Shown in pieces: positions 49,541-62,499 of a DNA stretch of 64,000 bases. The stretch comes from Octopus vulgaris (taxonomy: Eukaryota), in assembly GCA_951406725.2 (NCBI GenBank), contig OX597817.1:88350001-88414000 (forward strand). Direction: 5' to 3'. Each line of letters starts with the position of its first letter. Positions within the stretch are counted from its first letter, which is position 1. The position numbers and the translations under genes were made by a program. The notes under the pieces are model-generated. The model ran no database searches, had not been told where the DNA came from, and saw nothing but the letters and a program-made list of their open reading frames with translations.

Positions 49541-50914
49541 CGCAAGAAATGAAGCCAGTATGCTCCGATGGATGTGTAATGTCAGTGTTCATAATCGTCA
49601 GAGTGTAAGTACCTTGAGAGAAAAGTTGAACCTAAGAAGCGTCAGTTGTGGTGTGCAAGAGAGACGGCTGCGCTGGTATGGACATATGACGAGAATGGCT
49701 GAAGATAGTTGTGTGCAAAAGTGCTACACCCTAGCAGTTGAGGGAACCTGTGGAAGAGGTAGACCCAGGAAAACCTGGGACGAAGTGGTGAAGCACGACC
49801 TACGAACTTTAGGTCTCACCAAGGAAATGACTAGAGACCGAGACCTATGGAAGTATGCTGTGCGTGAGAAGACCCGGCAAGACTAGTCAGGCCATAACCT
49901 GTGGCCCCTACCTGGGACGTAGTCAGTCCACCTGTGCATACCTTCCTTCTTGTGACACTTGTGAAGACCTGTTGAGGCAAGTGAAAATCAATAAAAAAAA
50001 ATCAAACAAAATCAAAATAGATGAACATCAATGGAATTGGTATCTTTGTGGTACCAGTGCCGGTGGCACACAAGATAACCATCCGAACGTTGCCGTAGCC
50101 AGTACCGCACCTGACTGGCCTCCATGCTGTGGGCACGTAACAATCACCATCTAATCATGGCCGATCGCCAGCCTAATCTGGCTCCTGTGTCGGTGGCACA
50201 TAAAAACACCATCCGAGCGTGGTCGTCTGCTAGCCTTGTCTGGCACATGTGTCGGTGGCACATAAAAACACCATCCGAGCGTGGCCGTTGGCCAGCCTCG
50301 TCTGGCACCTGTGTCGGTGGAACATAAAAACACCATCCGAGCGTGGCCGTTGGCCAGCCTCGTCTGGCACCTGTGTCGGTGGCACATAAAAACACCATCC
50401 GAGCGTGGCCGTTGGCCAGCCTCGTCTGGCACCTGTGTCAGTGGCACATAAAAAACACCATCCGAGCGTGGTCGTCTGCTAGCCTTGTCTGGCACCTGTG
50501 TCGGTGGCACATAAAAACACCATCCAAGCGTGGCCGTTCGCCAGCCTCGTCTGGCACCTGTGTCGGTGGCACATAAAAACACCATCCGAGCGTGGTCGTC
50601 TGCTAGCCTTGTCTGGCACCTGTGTCGGTGGCACATAAAAACACCATCCGAGCGTGGCCGTTCGCCAGCTTCGTCTGGCACCTGTGTCGGTGGCACATAA
50701 AAACACAACCCGAGCGTGGCCGTTTGCCAGCCTTGTCTGGCACCTGTGTCGGTGGCACATAAAATCACCCACTACATATAGGAAGGGCATCCAGCTGTAG
50801 AAACACTGCCAGATCTGACTGGCCTGGTGCATATCCCCAGACCCCAGTTGAACCGTCCAACCCATGCTAGCATGGAAAGCGGACGTTAAATGATGATGAT
50901 GATGATGATGATGA

Positions 50915-50917
<3 letters not shown>
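49541..50917 (+). mobile_element. 5'-truncated RTE LINE: ORF C-terminus, 3' UTR with 62-bp minisatellite, (TGA)n tail
   Basis: [52 protein letters not shown]. Confidence 0.93.
50150..50768 (+). repeat. About 10 tandem copies of a 62-63 bp GC-rich unit inside the RTE 3' UTR
   Basis: Unit ccatccgagcgtggccgttggccagcctcgtctggcacctgtgtcggtggcacataaaaaca; two variants are interspersed. Confidence 0.93.
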
Positions 50918-50988
<71 letters not shown>

Positions 50989-50992
50989 TTGT

Positions 50993-51039
<47 letters not shown>

Positions 51040-51040
51040 C

Positions 51041-51071
<31 letters not shown>

Positions 51072-51141
51072 TGTATGTATGTATGTATATATGTATTTAT
51101 CTATCTATCTGTCTGTCAGTCTGTCTGTCTAATCTATCTAC

Positions 51142-51395
51142 TTTATTATTAAAGCTGCAAAACATCACAAAAATATCACAAAAAAAAAATCTGATGCTCA
51201 GAGTTTCACATTCCTGTTTGTTGGACAGTTTTGATATCTGACAAACAGGTATGTGAAATTCTGAATAGCAGTTTTTGGGATATTTTTGTGATGTTTCTGC
51301 AACTTTAATAATAAATCAAATAACTCTACCTCTGGTATTTGAGTACTATTTTTCCCACCTTGTTTCAAATTTGCACATTTGTGTGCTTACTCAGG
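51142..51395. mobile_element. Inverted pair of PLE-type terminal repeats, each arm with a decayed hammerhead
   Basis: Arms 51142-51224 and 51238-51315 are reverse complements. The + arm reads CTGACAA-aca-ggta-tgt-GAAAT-tctga-ATA-gcagtttt. The - arm reads aaaactgt-CCAACAA-aca-ggaa-tgt-GAAAC-tctga-GCA. Confidence 0.65.
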
Positions 51396-51650
<255 letters not shown>

Positions 51651-52223
51651 ATGAATATATGTGTGCAAGAGAGATGTCTGTGCTGGTATGGTATGGGATG
51701 CATATAGATGAAGACAGCTGCATAAAGAAATGTTGATCTCTAACCGTGGAGGGAACCTGCAGAAGAGGTAGACCCAGGAAGACACGGGATGAATTGGTGA
51801 GGGTTGTTTATCAGTTTTGACCAGTCAACCTTCTCACTGGTCGAAAGTGATATACAGTCCTCAGTTAAACATTCATTAATGCTATATCACCTGAAGAAGT
51901 GAATCCATGAAGATGATCGACCTGATGCCAATGGATACTATGGACTACACTGGAATCATTCCAGGAATACAGACTGTGATCTTAAGAGACATGTGATTTG
52001 TGAAAATGCACACAGTGACACATTGAAATATTTATAAATTCCGTCAAAGGATTATTCTTATTATTACTATATTTATCCTACATTATATCAGTACAACTCA
52101 GTGCAACCCCAAAAATCTGGTTCACCACTTAGCATCATTAGACTGTAGCCAGCATAATGGAACAAGAGTTTTATTGGCATATTCAAAACATTTCCTGGAA
52201 ACAAATTTAAAAGATATATAGTT

Positions 52224-52224
52224 A

Positions 52225-52314
<90 letters not shown>

Positions 52315-52317
52315 CAA

Positions 52318-52348
<31 letters not shown>

Positions 52349-52360
52349 CACACACACACA
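52224..52360. repeat. (CA)n microsatellite
   Basis: Directly visible. Confidence 0.95.
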
Positions 52361-52614
52361 TGGTTGACTTTCATACACAACAGGTGAGGTTTCAGAAATG
52401 TCTTGATGAACAACCTGCACGGATGATTTTTCTATAATGATCAAATGAATTTGTTGTGCATTAGCTCACTCCCTCCATGAAATCAATTTTGCCTATACAG
52501 TTGCATGATATGCCACATGTTAGATGCCACGGTTATTGCAGAGCAATGGTAAATAAAGTGTTTGGCTCAAGAACACATCACATACATATACAAGAGTAAG
52601 TTAGAAATTATATG

Positions 52615-53190
52615 TACTCTTGTTTCTGTAGCTTATTAAAACAAAAGCAAGGGTTGAAGAATTACATAATTTTTCAACATAGCCACCTTGCTTTACAGTG
52701 CACTTCTTCCAGTGGTCCACAAGCTTGCTTATTCCATCAGCCATTTATGCACAACTTCCTGTGTGTCTTCGTCCATAGCAAATTGATGACCTTGGAAAAG
52801 AGGCTAGAATGGTCCAAAGTAATGATAGTTGGAATGGGTGAGATTTGAACTGTATGCAAAGAATTCCAGGAACTTGAGACCCAATTTTTCAATGGTTTCA
52901 ACAATGTGGGCATTAGTTGTGTGTGAATTTTTGTACAGCAATAACACTTTCTTTGACAATAAACCTCAGTGGTTTCAGTTTGCTGACCAGCATTTCACTG
53001 TAGCCTACACTGGTTACTTTATACCCTTTTTTTGCAGAAGGTTGAGCCTTGAATTTCTGTTTTGTTTGCGTTTCCAGGTGTTTCCACTCCATACACTGCA
53101 TTTTGGATTCTGGCTCGAAGTGATGGATCCAGGCCTCATCTCCTGTGACTATTCTCTCCAAAAAAGGACTTGTGGTTGTTGAACCTAATC
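52615..53190 (-). mobile_element. mariner (DD34D) transposase fragment
   Basis: PFLERIVTGDEAWIHHFEPESKMQCMEWKH..KFKAQPSAKK; HPFQLSLLWTILASFP (degenerate YSPDLAP.D region). Confidence 0.8.
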
Positions 53191-53287
53191 TCAAAGGGGC
53201 CTTAACCTTCCTTTATCCTCCCTTTACCCTTCCTTCACCTCTGTCTTATAAATGTTGGGTATTAAGCTCAATTCTTCATATCTTCAT

Positions 53288-55170
53288 TTTCTACAGATTG
53301 AGCAGGGCCATCTACCTGAAGGGATTTGTAGTTTGTCTGCCTTCCTATTTATTAAGACTTTGGTTTTAGCTGGGTTGACTCTAAGGCCCTTTGATTCTAA
53401 TCCTTGCTTCCACATCTGAAACTTTTCCTTTAGTTCTGATAGTGACTCAGCAATTAGAGCAAGGTCATCAGCATAGAGGAGCTCCCAGGGGCATCCTGTC
53501 TTAGGTTCCTCTGTTATTACTTGGAGGATCATGATGAATAAGAGGGGGATGAGGACTGATTGTTGGTGGACCCCTATCCCTACTCAAAATTCTTCACTGT
53601 ACTCATCACCAACCTTCACGTTACTGACAGCATCCCTGTGCATGGCTTGCACAGCTCTCACTAACCATTCATCTATCCCTAGTTTCCTCATTGACCACCA
53701 GATAAGGGATCGGGGGACCCTGTCAAAGGCTTTCTCCATGTCAACAAAAAGCCAGATACAGAGGTTTATCTTTGGCTATGTATTTTTCTTGCAGCTGCCT
53801 TACCAGAAATATAGCATCAGTGGTGTTTTTTCCCTGGCACAAACCCCAACTGCATCTCATCTAAACTAACTATTTCCCTAATTAGTTGGGCTATGACCAT
53901 CTCCATGACCTTCATTACCTGATCCAACAACTTGATACCTCTGTAATTATTTGTATCTAAAGTGTCACCTTTACCTTTGTAGCAGTTGACTATGGTGCTG
54001 CTACACCAGTCATTGGGTATGATTCCTTCATGTATCACCTGGTAAACTATACAGGTGACTAGGCTATAGCTGACACCGCCAGATATTTTGAGCATCTCGG
54101 TGGTGATTCCTGATAGGCCAGGAGTTTTCCCTGTCATCATATCTTTAATTGCTTTATCTACCAAGGTACTGTCAATTCGGATAGCTGGTTCCTCTGTTGG
54201 GTCGACATTCGGCAGACTTTCTTTCTCCCATTCAGTCTCCTTATTGAGCAACCTTTCATAGTGGTGTCTCCAAACCTCTCTCTTTGCAGCCTCATTTAAT
54301 GCAAGTGAACCATCATCTATGCGGAGACATTTCTCTCCTACATCACAATTCTCTCTCACACACTGTCTTGCAACACAAAATACCTCAAGTCTTTGGTCCT
54401 CACAGCAGAGCACATTGGCAAATTTTTTCTTATCTGCTTCCCCTCTGGCTAAATAAACCTGTATCCTAGCTTCCCTTCTGGCAGTCTGATGCAATTCCTT
54501 GCTACCACCATTCTTCCAGTCCTTCCAAGCCTGTTTCTTTTCTCTAATAGCCCTGTCTACAACATTGTTCCACCACCACGTTACCTTGGGTCGAGAGGGG
54601 ACTTTGCACCTCAGCAGGTTGTCCCATAGAAACCTCTAGTTGTCTTCTACATCATGTGATGCTATATCCCCTTCTATTTCGTCAAAGGCTTCGAGTAATA
54701 CATCTCTAAATCTCTGTCCATTCGCTGGATCTTTAAGCTTCCAGACCTTTCTCCTCCATGCTGGTTGTCTTCTGGGCATCCCTTTAGCCCTGATCCTGAA
54801 GTCGCTAACTACTAGTTGTGTTGTGGGGTACATTCTTTGCCTGGGAAGGTTTTGGCATTTATAAGCAGCCATCTTTCCCTTTTTCTGGTGAGGATGTAGT
54901 CAATTTGGCTAGTGTGTCTGCCAGAATGGTAGGTGACTAGGTGACTGGCAGGTTTCCTGAAGTTAGCATTGAAAACCATAAGATCATTTGCATTGCAGGA
55001 TTCCAGTAGCCTAGTTCCCCCCTCATTGCAGGAACCAAAACCATAGCCTCCATGTACGCCATGGAAGCCCCCTGCATGTTGTCCAACACGTCCATTGAAG
55101 TCACCAGCCACAAAGAGAAGGTCCCTGTCATTTGTCAACGAGGTAGTCTGCAAGAGAGTGTCATAAAGTC
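53288..55170 (-). mobile_element. RTE LINE internal fragment (APE endonuclease to RT), frameshifted
   Basis: LFVAGDFNGRVG..SQIDYIL; YKGKGD..NNYRGIKLL; MQLGFVPG; DMEKAFDRVP; PWELLYADDLAL..GLRVNPAKTKVL. Confidence 0.92.
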
Positions 55171-55171
55171 G

Positions 55172-56182
55172 AACGAAAATAAGGGATTTGCAGCATATTA
55201 GGAAGTTAGCGTTCTTGATTTCACGCAAAAAAAAAATCAGATTTTTATTTTTTTTCTGTAGTGAAAATCATATGGGTGAAACGATCAATGGGGGTGGGGG
55301 TAAAATTTCTGAGGCTTCAACCTCACCCAACCCCGTTTTTCGGACCCCCCAAAATGGTTTTGTTGCACATTAGGAGGTCACAAGAATTCATTCAACAAAA
55401 AGAAAAAAATTTCCAAAGATTCCAGGAGGGGGGGGGGGTCCCCCCTTGCCCTACCCCTAACCAAAATAAGGGATTTGCAGCATATTAGGGGGTCAGGGTA
55501 CTTGATTCCATGCAAAAAATCCAAGTTTTTTCTTTTTTCTTAGTGAAAATCGTGCAGGTGTTAATCTAAAAATTTACTCTTTGTTTTTCTTTCTCACCAT
55601 TGCTAGACAGGTGACTTAACTCATATTAGCAAACTTACAGATTTCACCAATGTGGAAATTGGTAAAAGTTATGGTTGAAAATCGATTTTTATCACTATCC
55701 ACATGTACTTCAGGGAAAATAAGTTGACAAAAACACAGCCATGATCGTGACCAATGTCCTAAAATTGAAGCAACATTTGTGAACGTGCATAAATTACATT
55801 TACGCACGCACACACACACACACATACAGCCTACCTTTTACAGATAAATAGATAAATAAGTGATTTGAAATAAATGTATTTTAATTTTTGTGTGAGAAAG
55901 TATATATAATCTGATTATAAAATATAGTGTCTTCCAAAAACATCCTAAATTTGAAGACTGCATCTCATGTTTAAGAAAAAAAACATTTTACATTTATGGT
56001 TGAAAATCGATTTTTCCGCTATCCGCAGGTGCCTCAGGAAAGATAAGTTGACAAAACCTAGCTAGGGTTGTGACGAATGTCCTCCTAAAATTGGAGCGAC
56101 ATGTGTGCTAATTTGTAAACGTGCATAAATTATATTCACGTACACACACCCACACACATCCTGCCTTTTATATATACAGATA
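55172..56182 (+). mobile_element. Helentron/HINE-like remnants with tandemly duplicated modules
   Basis: Duplicated blocks 55177-55280 / 55464-55560 and 55669-55850 / 55994-56182, the latter ending in ccttttatatatacagat. Confidence 0.45.
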
Positions 56183-56407
56183 AAGACACACACACACACA
56201 TATATATATACACACACACAATGTAGTTTTGCAGCGTAATATGACAAAGTTTGCTTTAATGCAGTTGTTTAGGTTAAATGTTAAAACACAAACAATTAAT
56301 ATATAGAAAATTTCAAGTAAGTCTGATATCTTTATGTATTTCAGTTAAAAGAAAAGTACTTCCCAGAGTTGAAATTGCAGTAAAAGACTTGTAGGAACTT
56401 TAAGAAA

Positions 56408-56500
56408 ATGCCAAAAAAGAAGAAGAAACGGGAGAAAGTGGATGATGGGTTAACACTAGCCCAGAGAATAGAGTTGAAGAAAAAACAGAAAGAAGAAAAT
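56408..56500 (+). CDS. Uncharacterised host gene, coding exon 1: MPKKKKKREKVDDGLTLAQRIELKKKQKEEN
   Basis: Upstream acceptor tttatgtatttcag|56345; aaaATG; 93 nt; donor |gtaaat at 56501 (phase 0). Confidence 0.75.
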
Positions 56501-56698
56501 GTAAATAACAGTTTTTGAATATTTTTTCATTTTATTTTTGGTGTATTTAAAAAATATCATTTACAACAAATATAATTGTTTGGATTTTATGTGCACACTG
56601 TTGCAGCTTGTGCTTATAATAGTCAAAGCCTATTCAACATCATTCTAGGGTCTGAAGAATATATTTATTGAATATATTTATTTTTATTACTTTATTAG

Positions 56699-56943
56699 CC
56701 TCCAGTTAAAGAGGAAGCTAAGCCAGAGGTTGCTAGCACCAGTGCTGCAGAGGGAAAAGAGGAAAAGGATGATGGCAACAAATCTCAACCAATAAATGAT
56801 GACAGTCCAGCTAAAGAAGACCAAACAAATAAGCAAGAAGAAGAGAAAATGCCACAACAAAACCTAGAAGCAAACAGAAACAGATCTGTTGATGCAAGTC
56901 ACTTACAGATGTACCAAGAACAAGTTCAGAACCCATTTTGCAA
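56699..56943 (+). CDS. Uncharacterised host gene, coding exon 2: PPVKEEAKPEVASTSAAEGKEEK..QVQNPFC
   Basis: Acceptor tttttattactttattag|; 245 nt open; donor AA|gtatgt (phase 2). Confidence 0.8.
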
Positions 56944-57435
56944 GTATGTATCATTCAGATTAATCAATATTTTATGAATTACATTGGGATTCCTTAATAT
57001 AATACCTATTATTATTACTAGGAATCCCAATTATTAAGGACAAGAGATGCATTTTTTTTATTACATTTCAAAAAACTTGCTCAGAAACTATGAAAATGTT
57101 TTATGCAATAAAATGTGTGTATGTGTAGTGTATGTGTGTGTGCATGCATGTGTGTGTGAATGTTTGTGCATGTGCATGTGTATGCATGTAGCTAATCCTC
57201 CAAGAAAACCGGTAAAAAATGGCAAAGATGGCAAGCAAGAGTTGGTGCTGGAAAGCATGCTTGTTGTTGCATCTTTGAGATTTTCTTCAAATTTTCTCTT
57301 TTTTTTTTATTTCTAAAATGTTGGTTCTGATGGTAATAGAGCTATGCCAGTTGGTATGGTTCTGGGCTTTAGTTTTCCACAATTTTGTCTCAATTTTAAG
57401 ATCTTGCCTTCAGTAAAAAAAAAAAAAAGAACATA

Positions 57436-58304
57436 CAGGGTGCAATGGGTAAATTTTTCCATTTTATATTTTCAATTTTTGTGCATGCACAGTGTTTGCT
57501 TTTGATTTTGTCGACTACACAGTATGATAGGGTCAGATGGGCACTGTCTGTGAGAAAAACAGCACCATGATACAATTCGATCTGCCAGAAATTTGGAAAT
57601 GACATACTGTACTGCTTGGCATTCACACTGGAAGCTCCATTACAAACATTTCAAAGTATTTAGGTATCAATCAGAGGACAGTGCAATCTGAGGAAATGTA
57701 CTGAGAATGATAAAAATCAAACATCCAGTCAACATCATGGTGTTTAGAGTGATCACTACTGATGACAATGTTATGCCTCCATTGATCTTTCCACTCAGCC
57801 TCAGACTCAATACAGAATCCTACATCAAGTGCCTGGAGGAGGTAGTGCTGCCCTGGGTCAAGAAGGTGCCTGCTGGAAGACTTCATGTCTGGCAACAGGA
57901 CTCTGCACCATGCCACACAAGTAGGAGAACTCAGTCATGGCTATCAGACAATTTCTGCAACCACATAACCCCTAACATCTGGCTACCCTAACTCCCCAGA
58001 CTATAACCCCACAGTTGAGTGAGAGACCAACAAAACTCCTTGTAACACCAAAGATTAACTGAAGGCAAGGATTACAGCAGCATTCACCAACTTAAACAAG
58101 GGGACCTCCAAGAAGAGTTGCAAGAGATTCTGAAGTCGTCTGGAGGCCATGGTTGAAACCAATGACAATTTTATTGAATTAATTTACTCTTCAATATTTC
58201 AAGACATATTTATGTAATTTTGGTAAATATATCTGTTAAAATGAGATGTCAGTGTTATTTTCATTTTCGCATAATTTAGGCGACAATTTATTCACCACAC
58301 CCTG
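57436..58304 (+). mobile_element. DD37D/maT-like transposon, internally deleted, intronic
   Basis: TA|cagggtgc ... acaccctg|TA. KHPVNIMVFRVITTDDNVMPP..WQQDSAPCHTSRRTQSWL..PNIWLP. Confidence 0.85.
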
Positions 58305-58321
58305 TAAATATATATATATGA

Positions 58322-58485
58322 TAGATCGTTAGCCACTGCACACATTTTTTTCTCTCCTTGTTTTTTCTGTAGAAGAGTGTAGGCTCGAAACGTAAAAGAC
58401 TTTTTCTATTCCTGAGCATTATACTAATACATCTGTTTGTTTTGTATACCACCTGTCTTCGTCTTTTGTTGTTTCCATAAACTCT

Positions 58486-58490
<5 letters not shown>
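58322..58490 (+). mobile_element. Solo PLE-type tail with hammerhead-like motif (58360-58400)
   Basis: guuuuuu-CUGUAGAA-GAGU-GUAG-GCUC-GAAAC-GUA-aaagac. Inserted in (TA)n. Confidence 0.5.
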
Positions 58491-58532
<42 letters not shown>

Positions 58533-59787
58533 GTAGTCTTTTCCTGATGGCTAATTCACTGAAGAGAGTTTTATGAACAAATCATTCTTCCTTTATTCTA
58601 ATCACATGATCTAATTGTTGTGTCTACTATTGTTTGATGTTTAAGACACTACAGAGCTTTTGTAGTTATAAATGTGTGTACACACAAACATCTCGCCCAC
58701 TTTTCTAAATGTGAGTGGAATGTAAGTCCTGAAGAATAAAACCTGCTCTTCATCTTCTCTCATACATGAAGTTCTCTTCTCCATGCATAAACCCTCCATC
58801 CTATTGGGGTTTGTTGTCTTGTGAGTGGCATGGCAACCTCACTAGTGCTGGCATCATAAAAAAGCACCCAGTGCATGCTGTAAAGTTTCTGGCATTAGGA
58901 AGTATATCCAGCCAAAGAAATCGTGCCAAAGCAGACACTGGAGCCTGATGCAGCCCTTGGACTCATCAGATCCTGTTAAACCAGAGAGAGAATAGAAAAA
59001 GCTTTCGTGGCTAACGGTCAATCTTGGTGGCTATATATACAAGTGTGGTTAAGAAGGTTGCTTTGCAGCCACATTTTGCAGGTTCTGTCTCACTGGATGG
59101 CATCTTGGGCAAGTGTTTTTGATATAGTCCCAGGCTGACCTAAGCCTTGTGTGAGTGGATTTAGTAGACACACATATGTATGTGCGAGTGTGTATGGCTG
59201 TGTCTCCTTGTCTTGACATTGTTTGATTATTGTAGATGAATATCCATCATTTTCGATATTCTGCAAAACATATGGGGAAATCAGTGGCATAGCTAATAGG
59301 GGAGGAAGGGGAGTGACCCTCCCACGACCACTATGAGCACATTTTACAAAATTGGCACTGTTTCAACAATTATTTAAACTCTTTAGTTACCTATATCAGT
59401 AGTAAGTTTCACACATAATAATGTTGTCAATGAAACATGAAATTAATGAATGAAGAATACAATTACATATATTATAACTTATGAAATACTTCATATAATA
59501 TAAGAGAAAGGAGTTAAAAATTGTTTGGTATGTGTCACAATATTTTTTTTTTTATGAGCTCACTACCCCTAACTTTAGCACCTGGTTATACCTTTGGATA
59601 CAATGTAATGTTAGTGAACAGTGCTTGAAGCAATGTTGAAAGAATTATGTATTACTTCTTATATTGATTTATTGAAGAGCTAAACAAAAATGAACAAATT
59701 AGATGTTAATACAATTTACAAGCATTTTTTGAAAGCATAGATTTTGTTTCAAATAAAATGTATCAGATTTCCAATGTTTCCCAACAG

Positions 59788-59863
59788 GCAAAAATCTATA
59801 AGAAATGAAGACCAGAAAAATGTCTATTTTGATATTCCCCAAAAATCAAGCAACAAGAAATCT
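59788..59863 (+). CDS. Uncharacterised host gene, coding exon 3: (K)QKSIRNEDQKNVYFDIPQKSSNKKS
   Basis: Acceptor tttccaatgtttcccaacag|G, with an in-frame alternative acceptor tatcag|59767 that adds FPMFPNR. Completes the phase-2 codon; donor TCT|gtaagt (phase 0). Confidence 0.78.
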
Positions 59864-59894
59864 GTAAGTATTTGTATATATATATATATATATT

Positions 59895-60270
59895 GTTACC
59901 TGTTTAAGTCATTAGACTGCAGCCATGCTAGGGAACCACCTGGAAGAAATTTTAGTTGAATGAATTGACCCTAGTGCTTAAGTTTTTAAGCCTGGTACTT
60001 ATTCTAACAATCTCTTTTTTGAATAGCTAAGTTACGAGGCTGTAAACAGACCAAAACTGGTTGCCAAGTGGTAATGATGTGAGTCAAATACAGACACACA
60101 TATTTATGTATATACACACACCACAGATTTTTTTCATTTTCTGTCTATCAAATCCTTGACTCAAGGCTATAGTAGAAGACACTTGCCCAAGGTACATGTC
60201 ACAGAGTGGGACTGAACCTGGAACCATGTGGTTGAGAAGCAAACTTCTTACCACACAGCCATGTCTGCGC
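59895..60270 (-). mobile_element. tRNA-derived SINE (intronic)
   Basis: Same family as 5283-5675. Confidence 0.72.
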
Positions 60271-61599
60271 CTTTAAAAAGTTTTCCAAATTGAATGGAAG
60301 ATTGTTAGGTAAAATACTTTGTACTTTGTAGAAGGATGGTGGCTAGATAGAGGTATTAGTGATTGCATTCAGGCAAGTTTGATTTGTGATGTTGGAGAAT
60401 TCATAGAGACAGTGGAGTCTGGTTAAAACTAACGGTTGCTTATAATCATCACGATTGGTTAAAGGACTTTATCACTGACTATTAGGCCCAATGGATATAC
60501 TTGAGACATTGCTGCATTATTGTTTTTTCCATTTGGTGTGCATATTAAGATTTGTTGATCATCTAGTGTCTTAATAGGTGACTACAGACATTCGTGTCAA
60601 GAGATATTGATATAAGAGTTGAGAAATAATGGATTCGAACAGTTGTACTTGGTCAGGTACTCCCCAAAATTTAACATTAACAATTATCTTTCCAAGTCAT
60701 AGGCCATATAATAACCAAAATTCTAACAACACAGTATGTTTAGTGCCAGAGTAACCTAATTATTACCTGTAGTTTCAAGTTGATTCTTAATACATCTTTA
60801 CTCACCAGTGAAAATTAAAAACTTCTCAAACATAAAAATTTTAAGATATCATTTCCTTGTAAGAATTTAAATTTGATAAAAAGAAAATTGATATGTCTGA
60901 AAGGCTGAAGTATACAGGTTACAAAATTAATATGAAAGCACAGTGTTTAAAAGACTAAAATGTAAATGCTAGTAATTGTTGTATACTTAACTAAGAGTTA
61001 ATTATTAATCAAACAAAGATTGTTTGTGCATTTATAAAATGTGCACACTGGATCAATGTCACTTGAAATTAATACCACTCAAATTTCACTGTTACTGAAT
61101 ATAAGAAAGAGATATTGAGTTCCATATTGCTCGATGTAAATTCAGGGGAAGTATTGAAGTCATTTTTTTTCATTTAGCACATCTAGTAAAGGTCAACCTT
61201 TCATTCAGTAATACACATTAAAAAATGACTTCTACTCATTTTAACTAATAAACTGTGTACATCTTACACATTTAATACATCTATCTTTCTTCCACTCTAC
61301 ATTCTTTACTAATGATGTGTTTCATTCCCTACAATTTTTATTAAACACATACCCAATTCTTCCAGACACCCCACACTTAATATCTCCATTATTCACAACT
61401 GAAATCATTCAGTTCCTTCTACACAATCTTGTCCAGGCTTGTGCCTGAAGAAGGCATATCAATGGTCCAATAAAAATGAGGGATGCCTCAGTAAATAAAA
61501 GAGGTAGTATGTATAACATTGAGAAGTAGCAAGTTTTCAAATATTCCATAAATGTTCCCTTGTGATCTTGCATAACAACACTGCTATCAGGTCATTTAA

Positions 61600-61953
61600 C
61601 CCTTTGATACCAACCCACAGAAACCGCCTCTGGCTGGGTAGTAAATGTTTTGTTTTCAAAAGTTCTGAATTAAAATCTTCCACCAAACCTTAGTCATAAT
61701 TTATGTTCCTAACACTAGCTTAACCCTTTGAGTCCCGACCTCTTAAATCTTATTTTATCATATACCTGGCACTCCACCAGTGCTACAGTATAGAGAAGTG
61801 CTATGGTATAGATAAAAATAAACCATCCACCAGTAAATCAGTGTTACAGGCTTAAAGGGTTAATGATAACTAAGTTATTTTACAAAATTATTTGTTATAT
61901 TTAAAATTAAAAGGAACATAGAGCATCTCAACAGAAATATGGTAACAAAAAGG
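61600..61953. mobile_element. TTAA MITE with a second TTAA MITE (61724-61859) nested inside
   Basis: Outer element is the reverse complement of 2814-3028. Inner element is TTAA|ccctttgagtc..ggcttaaaggg|TTAA, at a TTAA that is single in the 2.8-kb copy. Confidence 0.85.
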
Positions 61954-62499
61954 TTAAAAACACTAAGATTCCAACTAACTCTGAAAATAGCTAAACAAAA
62001 AAGGTTCAAGAGAAAATTAACAGACTCTTTTATTACAAATGATAATCATTGGTGGCAAAAAAGGGGGCTAAGAAAAACTGAATGAAGTTAGTTTGGCTGT
62101 CCTCTCAGATGTTTTGATGGTTTCACATGAGCATGACATCCATCAAGGTCCCCCATGCATGTTCTTAATTAAACATTTGCCATCCACTGTCCTGAAGCTA
62201 GTTGTTCACAAAGGTTAAATGTTTTCTTCCCCTGTTGATTCTTCCTTCAACTAACTGCCATAAGACAATTGGCAACAAGGGTCTTCTGGGTACCTGATGC
62301 AGTGACCAACAATTCACATCCTTCTCTGCTGAATCTTCTCAGTTACTTTGGGTAGATCTTGATAAAGATACTCATTGGTCAAATGAGCTCTCCATGTAAT
62401 ATTCAGAGTCATTCTTAACATTCTTGTGTGACATTGTGTACTATAAGTCTTACAATATACTAAAGTGTTATAGTAATAATCAGTGTTATTATTTTGCAG

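Noticed and set aside
50150-50768. CRISPR-like regular repeat array and the repetitive ORFs over it ([19 protein letters not shown])
   Set aside because: Units are contiguous with no unique spacers, lie in an RTE 3' UTR, and there are no cas genes in this eukaryotic DNA.
60300-62440. Old CR1/L2-like LINE fragments in intron 3 (also 46380-46560)
   Set aside because: Only faint motifs; boundaries and clade could not be supported, so they are not listed as features.
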